From: an uncultured Actinomycetota bacterium
GTDB taxonomy: Bacteria > Actinomycetota > Actinomycetes > Mycobacteriales > Nakamurellaceae
DNA: 64,000 nucleotides
Reading direction: 5' to 3'
Assembly (NCBI GenBank): GCA_963829945.1
Contig: CAWHKH010000015.1
Location: 10,621-74,620 of the forward strand
Part shown: piece by piece, positions 12,255 to 21,982 of the stretch
How the letters are laid out: each line of letters begins with the position of its first letter
Position numbering within the stretch: the stretch's first letter is position 1
Notes under the pieces: model-generated
Told to the model about the DNA's origin: nothing
Seen by the model: the letters and a program-made list of their open reading frames with translations, nothing else
The model's database searches: none
Translations under genes and position numbers: made by a program

Positions 12255-13607
12255 TCAGGACCCGCGGCCGGCGGCCGCCGGGTCGAGCAGCGGGCCCTCC
12301 GGCAGCAGGCCGATCACGGTCGACGGGATCTGGGTGACCGGCACCCCGGCGAGGCCCAGTTGCTGCAGCGCGCCCGGGCCGGCGACGGGATAGCGGGTGC
12401 CGGTGTCCGTCACGAGGAAGGTCGTGCCGCCCGCGGTCTGCGAGTTCGGGTCGGGCAGCGCCGCGACCAGCGCCCCGGCACCCGTCGCGAGCTGCACGGT
12501 GCCGGTCGACGCCAAGGGCGCGGCCGGGCCCAGGGTGACGGCGCCGCTGGGATAGCTCACGCACAGCTGGCCCTCGCCCGGCGGGACCGGCACCAGCGGA
12601 GGGGCGGTGGCGGGCGCCGGCACTCCGACGCCCACATCAGGCGCGGGGACGAGGGTGGCGTCCATCACCTGCGCCTGGCTGATCGGCATGGCCGACGCGT
12701 CGCCACCGGCGTACGCGGCGGACAGGGCCGGGTCGGCGAGCAGCAGGTCGGCCTGCAGCGGGGTCAGGGCGGACAGTCCGGCCGCGGTCATCACGTAGTG
12801 CTCATTGGCGCGGTCGGCGAACACCGTGCCGACCGGCACCGGGTCGAGGGCGCCGGGCAGCGGCGGACCGGGCTCTCCGACGCCCGGCAGCGACATCGGC
12901 TCGATCGCCCGACCGGCGGGCAGCGCGGCGACGAGGTCGTCGCCGACCGGCACCGCGTTCGCCTGCGCGTAGCCGAGCGCCTCCAGCCACGGAGCGCCGA
13001 TCTCGAACGCGCGGCCGTCCACCAGCAGGTGGGTGCGGCCGGCCGGGGTCCGCAGCAGCAGGCCGCGGCCGGCGGGCTGCGCCGCGCCGGCGGCCACCAC
13101 GCCGGGCAGGATCGCGGTGCGCAGGGTCTCGCCCCCGGCGGCCGTGCCCACCCCGCACACCGCCCAGGACGGTCCGACGATGTCCGCCGCGTCCGGCAGC
13201 GCGTCCGGGGCCCCGGGAATGCCGACCGGGCCGCCGCGCGGCGCCGGCTGGAGCGACCGGCCGGACACCGACACCACGTGCAGCTGCTCGCCGAGCAGCA
13301 GCCTTGCCGACGCGTAGTTGAGCACGGGCCGCAGGACGCCGTCGAGAACGACGTAGCGGGCGCCGGTCTCGGTCTCCACGATGAAGGCGCCCGGCTGCTG
13401 CCAGGCCGTCGAGTTGCCGGGCCGCAGCACCCCGAGCAGGCCCGCGACGGCGACCAGGGCGATCGTGACGAGAATGCCCGCATAGGTCGCGGCGCCGAGC
13501 CGGCCGAGCGGCCGCTCCGTGGACTCGGCGTCGCCCGACAGCAGCGCGGCGCGCACGCGACCGGCGCCGAAGCGGTGCGCCTGCAGGCGGTCCCGGGTGC
13601 TCGTCAT
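12255..13607 (-). CDS. eccB: Type VII secretion protein EccB
   Basis: MTSTRDRLQAHRF...RAALL, single TM, ETGARYV..DGVLRPVLNYASARL, GIPGAPDALP, FLVTDTGTRY, LLPEGPLLDP. Confidence 0.9.
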   Translation of the reverse strand: MTSTRDRLQAHRFGAGRVRAALLSGDAESTERPLGRLGAATYAGILVTIALVAVAGLLGVLRPGNSTAWQQPGAFIVETETGARYVVLDGVLRPVLNYASARLLLGEQLHVVSVSGRSLQPAPRGGPVGIPGAPDALPDAADIVGPSWAVCGVGTAAGGETLRTAILPGVVAAGAAQPAGRGLLLRTPAGRTHLLVDGRAFEIGAPWLEALGYAQANAVPVGDDLVAALPAGRAIEPMSLPGVGEPGPPLPGALDPVPVGTVFADRANEHYVMTAAGLSALTPLQADLLLADPALSAAYAGGDASAMPISQAQVMDATLVPAPDVGVGVPAPATAPPLVPVPPGEGQLCVSYPSGAVTLGPAAPLASTGTVQLATGAGALVAALPDPNSQTAGGTTFLVTDTGTRYPVAGPGALQQLGLAGVPVTQIPSTVIGLLPEGPLLDPAAAGRGS

Positions 13608-13618
13608 GGGCCGAGCCC

Positions 13619-15238
13619 TCAGCCGCCGAGCCCGCGGATGAAGCCGAAGAGCCCGAGTGTCGCCGCGACCAGCGGCACCGCGGCCACGGCGAGCAACACA
13701 TCCAGGATCTCGCCGGCGCGGCGGGTCGCGGGCGAGACCGCGGCGCGGCGCGTGGCGATCGCGAGGGCGGCCAGCACGCCGAGGGCGGTGGCGGCGGCCA
13801 CCCACAGCACCGCCGTGCCGGTCAGGTCCAGGGCGACACCGACGAGCAGGGCGACCGCCGAGCCGAGGCCGGCGATCAGCAGCGGCAACCGCTGGCCGAT
13901 CGTCCCGAAGAGCCGGGCGCGGAGCAGCAGCGCCGCCGCGGTGACGCCGGCCAACACCTGCGCGGTGACGTCGCCGACGAAGGCGAGCGCGACGGCGGCC
14001 AGCAGCGCGGGCCACGACAGCGCGTGCACCATGGCGGTGAGGTAGCCGGCGGCCGTCCGCGTGCGCGCGGCGACCGCCGCCACGTCGACGAGTCCGTCGC
14101 CGTCCGCTGCGACCGGGCCGGCGTCGTCCGCGGGCGCGGGCCGCGATCCCGCCGGCACGAAGCCGATGTCGATGCCGAGCCGCGCCACCCGCATCGCGGC
14201 GAACGGCGCCGCGGGCAGGAGCACGAGGCACAGGCCCGCGACGATCGCGGCGGCGCCGGCCGCCGGCAGGTCGAACAGCACGGCGCTCGCGGCGCCGACG
14301 GCGACCACCGCCGCGCCGACGCCGACGGCGATCAGCGGCACCCGACCGACCCCGACGATCACCACGGCGGTGATCGAGCAGAGCACCGCGCCCGCCGCCC
14401 CGGCCAGGACCTGCGGAGCGCCGAGCCCGATCAGCGGCGCGGGCCCGGCGGTGGCCACGGCCGCGGCGGCGGTGCCCGTCGCGATCGAGATCAGCCCGAG
14501 GGCCAGTGCCGCGCCGTCGTCGCGCGCGCGCCGGGCGAGCAGCCCGGCGGCCGCCTGGGCGGCCACGGTCACCCCGGCCAGGGTGAGCGCCACCGCACCC
14601 CACGGCGGCCCGGCGAGCAGCAGGACCGCCACTCCGACGGCCGCGAACAGCCCCGCCGCGGCGAGCGCGACCGCCCGCCCGGCGCGGTCGGGCCACGCCG
14701 CCGCATCGCCCGCGACCGTGTCGGCGACGGCCTCGGCGACGTCGTCGTACACCGGCGCGATCCGGGCCGTGTCGAGCCCGAGCAGCAGCAGGGTGCTGCC
14801 GTCCGTCACGCCGAGGTCGACCAGCGTCGCGCCGCTCGGCAGCACGCGGCCGTCGCCGCCGCGCAGAGTCCAGCCGCCGTGCGCGACGGCGAGCTCGCGC
14901 AGAGCGGGCGGCGAGAGCTCCAGCACGGCCTCGAGCGTCTCGGCGATCGTGCAGCGGTCCGGCAACACCACGTCGACCCGCGCGGTCGTGCTGCGCACGC
15001 TCAGCCGGACCACCTCGGACACCGGTCCGAACGCCGAATCGGCCGAGCCGCGTGCGGCGGGCGCCGGCGCCGGGGCCGGGGCCGCCAGCACGGACGGCGT
15101 GCGCGGTGGGTCGACGGGCGGCTGCGCCGGCTGGTGCGGTGCGGGCGGGGCGAAGTCGGACAGCGCCGCCCCTGCCGGGTCCATCAGGAGCGGGCGGCGA
15201 GGGCGCTGCTGCGGCGGCACCGGTCGGTCCGTGGTCAT
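13619..15238 (-). CDS. eccD: Type VII secretion integral membrane protein EccD
   Basis: N-terminal ubiquitin-like/YukD domain (RVDVVLP...GVTDGSTLLL), PVYDDVAEAV linker, ~11 TM helices, LLLRAR motif, end RRAGEILD...P...GLF. Confidence 0.88.
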   Translation of the reverse strand: MTTDRPVPPQQRPRRPLLMDPAGAALSDFAPPAPHQPAQPPVDPPRTPSVLAAPAPAPAPAARGSADSAFGPVSEVVRLSVRSTTARVDVVLPDRCTIAETLEAVLELSPPALRELAVAHGGWTLRGGDGRVLPSGATLVDLGVTDGSTLLLLGLDTARIAPVYDDVAEAVADTVAGDAAAWPDRAGRAVALAAAGLFAAVGVAVLLLAGPPWGAVALTLAGVTVAAQAAAGLLARRARDDGAALALGLISIATGTAAAAVATAGPAPLIGLGAPQVLAGAAGAVLCSITAVVIVGVGRVPLIAVGVGAAVVAVGAASAVLFDLPAAGAAAIVAGLCLVLLPAAPFAAMRVARLGIDIGFVPAGSRPAPADDAGPVAADGDGLVDVAAVAARTRTAAGYLTAMVHALSWPALLAAVALAFVGDVTAQVLAGVTAAALLLRARLFGTIGQRLPLLIAGLGSAVALLVGVALDLTGTAVLWVAAATALGVLAALAIATRRAAVSPATRRAGEILDVLLAVAAVPLVAATLGLFGFIRGLGG

Positions 15239-18200
15239 CGGCGGTCCTGTCCCGACTGCGACGGCGGCGCGGGCGGGGCCGGCGGCCCCGGCCAGCGATC
15301 CCGCACGGTGCGCACCAGGTCGGCGGTGCCCGCGGCGAGGCCCGCCGCGGTGGCCCGGTGGTCGATGCGCGGCACGGCGATCATCGCGTGCAGTCGATCG
15401 CTGGTCAGGGCACGTCCCGGCCGGCCGGCGGGTACCGCGCCGGCCAGCGCCGGATCGATCGCCGAGTCACGCGGGTCGGCGAGTCGCAGCTCGATCCGGG
15501 AAGTGGCGAGATCAGCCAGCGGCGGCGGGATCTCGGCCCAGCTGGCCGCGCTCAGCAGGACGTGCACGCCGAGCGCGGACCCCCGGGCGGCGATCGAGGT
15601 GATGGTCGCCGTCAACGGTTCGAACCACTCGCGAACGCCGGCCCAGCCGTCGACCACCAGGAACGCGTCGCCGCCGAACCGATCCCGGCCGTCCGCCCGC
15701 TCGGCGAGCTCGCCGGCGACGGCGCCGACGATGCCCCGCACCAGGTCCGGCCGCGCGCGCCCGGCGACCGATCCGACGTGCGGCAGGCCGGCCAGGGCGT
15801 CCAACGACCCGCCGCCGAAGTCCAGGCAGTGGAACCGCACCTGGTCCGGGGTGTGGGTGAGGGACAGCGCGCAGATCGCCGTGCGCAGCGCCGTCGAGGT
15901 GCCGCTGCCCGCCGCGCCGACCACGGCCAGGTGCCCGCCCGGGCCGGTCAGGTCGACGGTCAACAGGCCGCGGGTCTGCTCGAACGGCCGGTCCACCCAG
16001 CCCAGCGGCACGATGAGCCCGCGCGCCGGTTCCGCGGGGATCACGTCCGAGCCGACGGCGGTCGGCGACAGCACCATGTCCAGCGACGGCGGGTCGGCCA
16101 GCGGGGGCAGCCACACCTCGTGCGCGGGCCCGCCCGCGCCGGTCAGCCGGGACACCGCCACGTCGAGCATCGTTCGTCCGTCGGCGGCCCACGGACGGGA
16201 TGGATCGCGCTGGGTCGCGGCTGGCCCCGCGGGCTCCGTCGCGATCTCGGCCCGCAGCCGGAACGCCTGCGGGGACAGCCATTCCGCCGATTCGTGCGGC
16301 GCCGCGCGGTGCACCGGACCGGACACGGACGCGGCCCGGAACGCGACCGGCGGCGCGTTGCCGACCGTCAGGGAGCCGGTGCCGGAACCCGAGGGCAGCC
16401 GGATCAGGTAGGACGGCTGCCCCTCCGCGCCACCCGGCGGCGGCTCGTCGGGTCTGCTGGACGCGACGAGCAGGTGCACGCCGAGCGACCGGCCGGCCCG
16501 ACCGCCGGAGCGGAACAGCTCGCGGGCGTCCGGCGTCGTCGCCGGCAGGCGGTCGAACCCGTCGACGGCGATCAGCAGGGTGGGCAGGGACGTCGCCTCG
16601 CCGGCCGTGCGGAGCAGCTGGGCCCTGCGGTGCAGCTCGCCCGCGAGCGCGTCCGCCAGCCGGTCGACGAGGGCGGGGTCGCCGGCCAGCCCGGTGATCA
16701 CCGCGGACGTGTGCGGCAGCGGGTCGAGGCCGCTGAACGTCCCTGCGTTCTCGACGTCGATCAGCATCAGGTTGAGGTGCTCGGGCGGATGCGTCATCGC
16801 CAGCCCGAGCACCACCGTGCGCAGGAGCTCGGACGCGCCGGAGCCGGGCGCGCCGACCACCAGGCCGTGGGGGCCCATGCCACCGAGCGCCGACTCCTTG
16901 AGGTCGAGCTCGACGGGCCGGCCCGCGGGGTCGACGCCGATCGGCACCCGCAGCCGGTCCCGCTGCGGCCGCGGACGCCAGGCCGGGCCGGGGTCGAGCG
17001 CGCGGACGTCGGCGACGCCGAGCAGGTCGGCGAGCCCCGGGGCCTCAGCCCGTTCCTCCTGCCCGGCCGGGTCCGGCAGGCGATACCCGGCGACCGCCCT
17101 GGCCACCGTCGCCGCCTCCGTCGGGGCCAGCAGATCCGGCGACGCGATCCGGGTGGCCGCCTCGCCGCCCCCCGGTTCGGCGGAGACCGCGAACAGGTCG
17201 GCCGCGCCCACTCGGAGCCGGAGCGTGCGCGCAGCCCCCGGCTCCGGGGTCGGACCGGTCAGCTCGAGCACCGTGACCCCCGCCAGCGCGCCGAGGGCGG
17301 CGAGCCGCGGATCGTCCGCGGCACCGCCGCCGCCGTCCACGATCAGCAGCACGTGCGGGCGGTCGAGCGCCGGGCCGCCGCCGGGCGCGGCCGGCGCCCG
17401 GCCCGCGAGGTCGTCGGCGAGCAGCTCCGCCAGCTCGGCGAGGTCGCCCGCCGCCAGCAACCGGGGCGCCTCCGTCGGCGCGGACGAGGGGTCCTGCAGG
17501 TGCGGCGTCCACTTCAGCCAGTCCCAGGCGCGCCTGCCCGCGGAATCGACGCAGATCGCGAGGCGGAGATCGGCCGGCGCGTGCCAGGTGACGACCTGCC
17601 CGACGATGGCGGCGCCCAGCGCGCGGGCCGTCGCCGGGTCGTCGCTCTCCACCCGGACCCGCCCGAACGCGCGCAGCGCGAGCGTGACCGGCAGCGATCG
17701 CACCGTTGCGTGCACCCGGAGGAACCGGCGCAGGGCGACCGCGGACACCTCGTCGACCTCGGCGAGCGGCGGCGGCTCGGCAGGGGCGAATTCCAGCGCG
17801 AGGGCCTGGTCGCCCAGGCCCAGCCGGATCACGCCGAAGTCCGCGTCGGCCGGGCGCCGCTCCCACAGCCGGCTGGTGCGGGCCAGCGACGGCAGCCCCA
17901 GGGGATCGGGGTGCGGCCAGAACGCCGCAGCGGCCTGGACGGCCGCGACGCCCCTGGCCCGGCGCCGCAGTCCGGCGAGATGGCTCTGGTAGTCACGTCT
18001 TTCGGCGGCGATCCGGCGATCGCGGCCGCCCCGCACGCGGGCGACGTGCGCGCCGAGGATGGCCACCATGCTGACTCCGGCCAGCACGGCGGCCACGAGC
18101 TGCAGGCCGCTGCCACCGGCCGCGGCGAGCAGCGCCACGGCGGCGAGCCCACCGGCGGCGGGCAGCGCGACGAGCCAGGTCGCGGGGCCGCCGGCGGTCC

Positions 18201-18297
18201 GCTCGGGGATCAGCGGCGGCGGCCGGACATCGAGCCGGCCGGCGACCGGGGGCGGCGGCTCCCGGCGCGGGGGGCGCCGGAAGGTGACTGCCGCCAC
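15235..18297 (-). CDS. eccC: Type VII secretion EccC-like FtsK/SpoIIIE protein, degenerate (two inactivated ATPase domains, third absent)
   Basis: RLWERRP.D.DF, WDWLKWTPH, LDLKESALGGMGPHG. Walker A reads GAPGSGAS and GAAGSGTS. The 1020-aa ORF ends after domain 2 and its stop overlaps the eccD ATG. Confidence 0.88.
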   Translation of the reverse strand: MAAVTFRRPPRREPPPPVAGRLDVRPPPLIPERTAGGPATWLVALPAAGGLAAVALLAAAGGSGLQLVAAVLAGVSMVAILGAHVARVRGGRDRRIAAERRDYQSHLAGLRRRARGVAAVQAAAAFWPHPDPLGLPSLARTSRLWERRPADADFGVIRLGLGDQALALEFAPAEPPPLAEVDEVSAVALRRFLRVHATVRSLPVTLALRAFGRVRVESDDPATARALGAAIVGQVVTWHAPADLRLAICVDSAGRRAWDWLKWTPHLQDPSSAPTEAPRLLAAGDLAELAELLADDLAGRAPAAPGGGPALDRPHVLLIVDGGGGAADDPRLAALGALAGVTVLELTGPTPEPGAARTLRLRVGAADLFAVSAEPGGGEAATRIASPDLLAPTEAATVARAVAGYRLPDPAGQEERAEAPGLADLLGVADVRALDPGPAWRPRPQRDRLRVPIGVDPAGRPVELDLKESALGGMGPHGLVVGAPGSGASELLRTVVLGLAMTHPPEHLNLMLIDVENAGTFSGLDPLPHTSAVITGLAGDPALVDRLADALAGELHRRAQLLRTAGEATSLPTLLIAVDGFDRLPATTPDARELFRSGGRAGRSLGVHLLVASSRPDEPPPGGAEGQPSYLIRLPSGSGTGSLTVGNAPPVAFRAASVSGPVHRAAPHESAEWLSPQAFRLRAEIATEPAGPAATQRDPSRPWAADGRTMLDVAVSRLTGAGGPAHEVWLPPLADPPSLDMVLSPTAVGSDVIPAEPARGLIVPLGWVDRPFEQTRGLLTVDLTGPGGHLAVVGAAGSGTSTALRTAICALSLTHTPDQVRFHCLDFGGGSLDALAGLPHVGSVAGRARPDLVRGIVGAVAGELAERADGRDRFGGDAFLVVDGWAGVREWFEPLTATITSIAARGSALGVHVLLSAASWAEIPPPLADLATSRIELRLADPRDSAIDPALAGAVPAGRPGRALTSDRLHAMIAVPRIDHRATAAGLAAGTADLVRTVRDRWPGPPAPPAPPSQSGQDRR

Positions 18298-18543
18298 GTC
18301 GGTTCCGCCTCGGTGCTCACCGCCCTGTCGTCCGGGCGGGGTGTGGGTGTGGGGGGCGCGACCGGGGACGCACCCGGGATCAGCAGCGATCGTCCCGGGC
18401 GGGCCGGAATCCGGGCGAAGGTATCACCCGTGCGGCGCGCGAGGGAAATGTTCGGGCACCGCCCGATGATCAACTCCGGCGCGATTCTCGACCGAATGGG
18501 CGAGCGTCACCCCATCGGGCGAGCGCCTCCGCCGCAGAACCGC

Positions 18544-20208
18544 CTACTCGGGCGATCCGGGGATCGCCGGGCCGAGAAGGTCGTCGGCGTCGACGATCCG
18601 GTACGCGTAGCCCTGCTCCGCGAGGAATCGCTGCCGGTGCGCGGCGTAATCGGTGTCGAGGGTGTCCCTGGCGACGACGGAGTAGAAGTGCGCCTGCCGC
18701 CCGTCCACCTTCGGGCGGAGCAGGCGGCCCAGCCGCTGCGCCTCCTCCTGCCGCGAGCCGAAGGTGCCCGACACCTGGATGGCCACCGTGGCCTCCGGCA
18801 GGTCGATGGAGAAGTTCGCCACCTTCGACACCACCAGCACGGGGATCTCGCCGGCCCGGAACTCGTCGTACAGCCGCTCGCGCTCGACGGTCTTGGTGGA
18901 GCCCTGGATGATCGGCGCCTGCAGCTCCTCGCCGAGATCGTCGAGCTGGTCCAGGTACGCGCCGATCACCAGGGTCGGCTCGCCAGGGTGCCGATCCAGG
19001 ATCGAGCGCACCACGGGCATCTTGGTGCGGGCGGTGGACGCGATCCGGTAGCGGTCCTCGGGCTCCGCGGTGGCGTAGGAGAGGCGCTCGGAGTCGGTGA
19101 GCGTCACCCGCACCTCGGTGCACTCGGCGGGCGCGATCCAGCCCTGCGACTCGATGTCCTTCCAGGGGGCGTCGAACCGCTTGGGCCCGATCAGCGAGAA
19201 CACATCCCCCTCGCGGCCGTCCTCCCGGACCAGGGTGGCCGTCAGGCCGAGCCGCCGGCGGGACTGCAGGTCCGCGGTCATCCGGAACACCGGCGCCGGC
19301 AGCAGGTGCACCTCGTCGTAGATGACCAGCCCCCAGTCGCGCGAGTCGAACAGGTCGAGGTGCTTGTACTGGCCGCCGCTCTTGCGCGTCATCACCTGGT
19401 AGGTCGCGATCGTGACGGGGCGGATCTCCTTGCGCTCGCCCGAGTACTCGCCGATCTCGGCATCGGTGAGCGAGGTTCGCGCCAGCAGCTCGCGGCGCCA
19501 CTGCCGGCCGGCGACCGTGTTCGTGACCAGGATCAGGGTGGTCACCCCGGCCCGCGCCATCGCGGCGGCGCCCACCAGCGTCTTGCCGGCGCCACACGGC
19601 AGCACCACCACGCCGGAGCCCCCGGACCAGAAGCCCTCGACCGCGTCCAGCTGGTAGGAGCGCATCTCCCATCCGTCGGTGACGAGGGAGATCGGGTGTG
19701 CCTCGCCGTTGACGTACCCGGCCTCGTCCTCCGCCGGCCAGCCCACCTTGAGCAGCGCCTGCTTCAGGTGCCCGCGCTGGGAGGGGTGGACGACGACCGT
19801 GTCCTGGTCGATCCGCTCGCCGAGCATCGGCGCGATCTTCTTGTGCCGCATGATCTCCTCGAGCACCGCGCGGTCGCGCGAGGAGAGGATCAGACCGTGC
19901 GCGGGGTGCGCCTGCAGCACGAGGCGGCCGTACCGCGCCATCGTGTCGACGACGTCGACCAGCAGCGCCTGCGGCACCGGGAAGCGGGACCAGCGAACCA
20001 GCGCGTCGACCACCTGCTCGGCGTCGTGGCCGGCTGCCCGCGCGTTCCACAGCGCGAGCGGGGTGATCCGGTAGGTGTGGATGTGCTCGGGGGATCGCTC
20101 CAGCTCGGCGAACGGCGCGATGTTGGCCCGCGCGGCCGCCGCGTCGGGGTGCGCGATCTCCAGGAGCAGCGTCTTGTCCGACTGGACGATCAACGGGCCG
20201 TCGTTCAC
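18544..20208 (-). CDS. XPB/Ssl2 (ERCC3-like) DNA repair helicase
   Basis: NDGPLIVQSDKTLLLE start, VLPCGAGKT, DEVH, GLTAT, QRLGRLLR. Confidence 0.95.
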   Translation of the reverse strand: MNDGPLIVQSDKTLLLEIAHPDAAAARANIAPFAELERSPEHIHTYRITPLALWNARAAGHDAEQVVDALVRWSRFPVPQALLVDVVDTMARYGRLVLQAHPAHGLILSSRDRAVLEEIMRHKKIAPMLGERIDQDTVVVHPSQRGHLKQALLKVGWPAEDEAGYVNGEAHPISLVTDGWEMRSYQLDAVEGFWSGGSGVVVLPCGAGKTLVGAAAMARAGVTTLILVTNTVAGRQWRRELLARTSLTDAEIGEYSGERKEIRPVTIATYQVMTRKSGGQYKHLDLFDSRDWGLVIYDEVHLLPAPVFRMTADLQSRRRLGLTATLVREDGREGDVFSLIGPKRFDAPWKDIESQGWIAPAECTEVRVTLTDSERLSYATAEPEDRYRIASTARTKMPVVRSILDRHPGEPTLVIGAYLDQLDDLGEELQAPIIQGSTKTVERERLYDEFRAGEIPVLVVSKVANFSIDLPEATVAIQVSGTFGSRQEEAQRLGRLLRPKVDGRQAHFYSVVARDTLDTDYAAHRQRFLAEQGYAYRIVDADDLLGPAIPGSPE

Positions 20209-20296
20209 GAAAGGCTGGTCCTTCTGCTGGCGTCGAGGTACGGACGAGGTGGTCCCGGCGGGTTGGGCGGGCACAACCCGTCCAGTGTGCCCGTCC

Positions 20297-20950
20297 TCAG
20301 CGCGGGGCAGCGCGCCGTTCCCGCACCCGCCCGAGGACCCACACGAGCGCGCCGACGATCGCGAAGACCGCGATCATGATCGCCACCCAGCGCCAGAAGC
20401 TGGCCGCGTCGGGATCGAGGAACGGGTAGAGCGGCTCGCCCGAGCGGTTTCGCACGTTGACGTAGACGGCGAGGTAGCCGACCGGCAGCACCAGCCAGCT
20501 CAGCGGCGTCCACCACGGCTGCCGGCCGCGCGCCGGGCCGATCAGGAGCCACTCCAGCAGGGCGAGCGCCGGCACGACGGCGTGCTCGAGCAGGCTGGAC
20601 GTCGCCTCCAGGTTTCCGCTGAGCAGCACCTGGTAGAGGACGGCGCTGACGACGGCGTAGGTCGTCGAGGCGCCGCGGCACCAGTCGAGCGCCCGCAGCC
20701 AACCGGCGGTGTGGAGCCCGGCGCCGAGCACGCCCGCGGTCGCGGTGAGCGCGACGGTGAGGCAGGTGACCTGCGAGAAGTACTTCAGCTGACCGAGATC
20801 GCCGCCGAGCGCGGCCAGCAGGCCCCACCAGGCCAGCCCAGCGATCACGATCCGGAGCGCGAGGACCGCCGGCTGGGGACCGCTCGTGGTGACGAGCGCC
20901 TGCGCACCGTCCGGATCCGGCTGGCCGCCGTCGCGCGTCGGTGCCGCCAT
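20297..20950 (-). CDS. Pr6Pr / FAR-17a-AIG1-like membrane protein
   Basis: YFSQ, H.VVP...LEW, YPFLD motifs, about 6 TM. Confidence 0.7.
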   Translation of the reverse strand: MAAPTRDGGQPDPDGAQALVTTSGPQPAVLALRIVIAGLAWWGLLAALGGDLGQLKYFSQVTCLTVALTATAGVLGAGLHTAGWLRALDWCRGASTTYAVVSAVLYQVLLSGNLEATSSLLEHAVVPALALLEWLLIGPARGRQPWWTPLSWLVLPVGYLAVYVNVRNRSGEPLYPFLDPDAASFWRWVAIMIAVFAIVGALVWVLGRVRERRAAPR

Positions 20951-21080
20951 GCCCGTCCCGCCTCCCGCCGTCGGTCTCCGGCCACCATCATCCGTCGCGC
21001 CGCGCCGAACTCCCACGAAACGCTGCTTCCCGCGGGTCGAAGGCGCCGTTCGTGCGGGCTCGACGGAGCGGACGCGTCCG

Positions 21081-21866
21081 TCAGTCGCGGTAGGCGAGCC
21101 GCCGGACGTCGCGTCGCCCGGCGAGGTACTGCTCGAACGTGATCCGTCCGTCGGGATGCCCCGGCACCAGGTGGTAGCCGGCCCGGTAGGCCTCGAACGT
21201 CTTCCCCGGCACCGAGATCGGCCGGACGCGGCGCGACCGACCCGCTGCCGCGAGGAAGGCCCGCGCCAGGTCCACGGCGGAGCGCACCTCCGGCCCGCCG
21301 AGGTCGGCTGCGGCCCCGATCGGCCCGGCCGCGGCCAGCGCCGCCAGCCGCGCCGCCACGTCGCGGACGTCCACCGGCTGGACGTCGAGATCGGGCACCG
21401 GCATCACGGGCAGCCGGGACGAGCCGGCGAACAGCACCCGCAGCAGGTCGTGGAACTGCGTGGCGCGCTGGATGGTGTGCGGGATCCCGCTGCCCTCCAG
21501 CCGGAGCTCGACGGCGCGTTTGCCCCGGTAGTAGGGCAGCGGCACCCGGTCGACCCCGACGATCGACACGTACACGAGGTGCCGGCACCCCGCCCGCGCC
21601 GCCGCGGCGAACAGCGCGTCGGCGGCGCGCACGTCCTGCCGAGCCCGGTTCGCGGTGGCGCAGTGCACGATCACCGGGCATTCGGCCACGGCGGCCGCCA
21701 CGCCCGCACCCGCCGCCAGGTCGCCGACCGCCCATTCCACCTCCCCTCGGGTCGGCTCGGGCCGGCGGCTCAGCAGCCGCACCCGGCGCCCGTCGGCGAC
21801 CAGTCGGTCCACCACGCGCCGGCCGAGCGCGCCCGTGCCGCCCGTCACCAGAATCCGGTCCGCCAT
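21081..21866 (-). CDS. NAD(P)H-binding SDR/NmrA-like oxidoreductase
   Basis: ILVTGGTGALG, YVSIVG, YY..K, RATQFH, QPVDVRDVA. Confidence 0.85.
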   Translation of the reverse strand: MADRILVTGGTGALGRRVVDRLVADGRRVRLLSRRPEPTRGEVEWAVGDLAAGAGVAAAVAECPVIVHCATANRARQDVRAADALFAAAARAGCRHLVYVSIVGVDRVPLPYYRGKRAVELRLEGSGIPHTIQRATQFHDLLRVLFAGSSRLPVMPVPDLDVQPVDVRDVAARLAALAAAGPIGAAADLGGPEVRSAVDLARAFLAAAGRSRRVRPISVPGKTFEAYRAGYHLVPGHPDGRITFEQYLAGRRDVRRLAYRD

Positions 21867-21982
21867 GCCACCGCCCTCGACGCCCCCGTCAGACCGTAGG
21901 CGACCCCGCGCGGGGTCGGCCGGCCCCGAGGGCGACACGACGGGCGCCCGTCGGTGGCGGACGCCGTGACAGGCTGGCCCCC

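Noticed and set aside
12255-14696. 813-aa EccB with long N-terminal extension
   Set aside because: The extension is an alternate frame of eccD; EccB homology starts at ATG 13607.
15052-20379. 1775-aa plus-strand ORF and similar long ORFs (e.g. 21845-24982, 54176-57370)
   Set aside because: Arg/Gly/Ala-rich antisense shadows of real genes, expected at this GC content.
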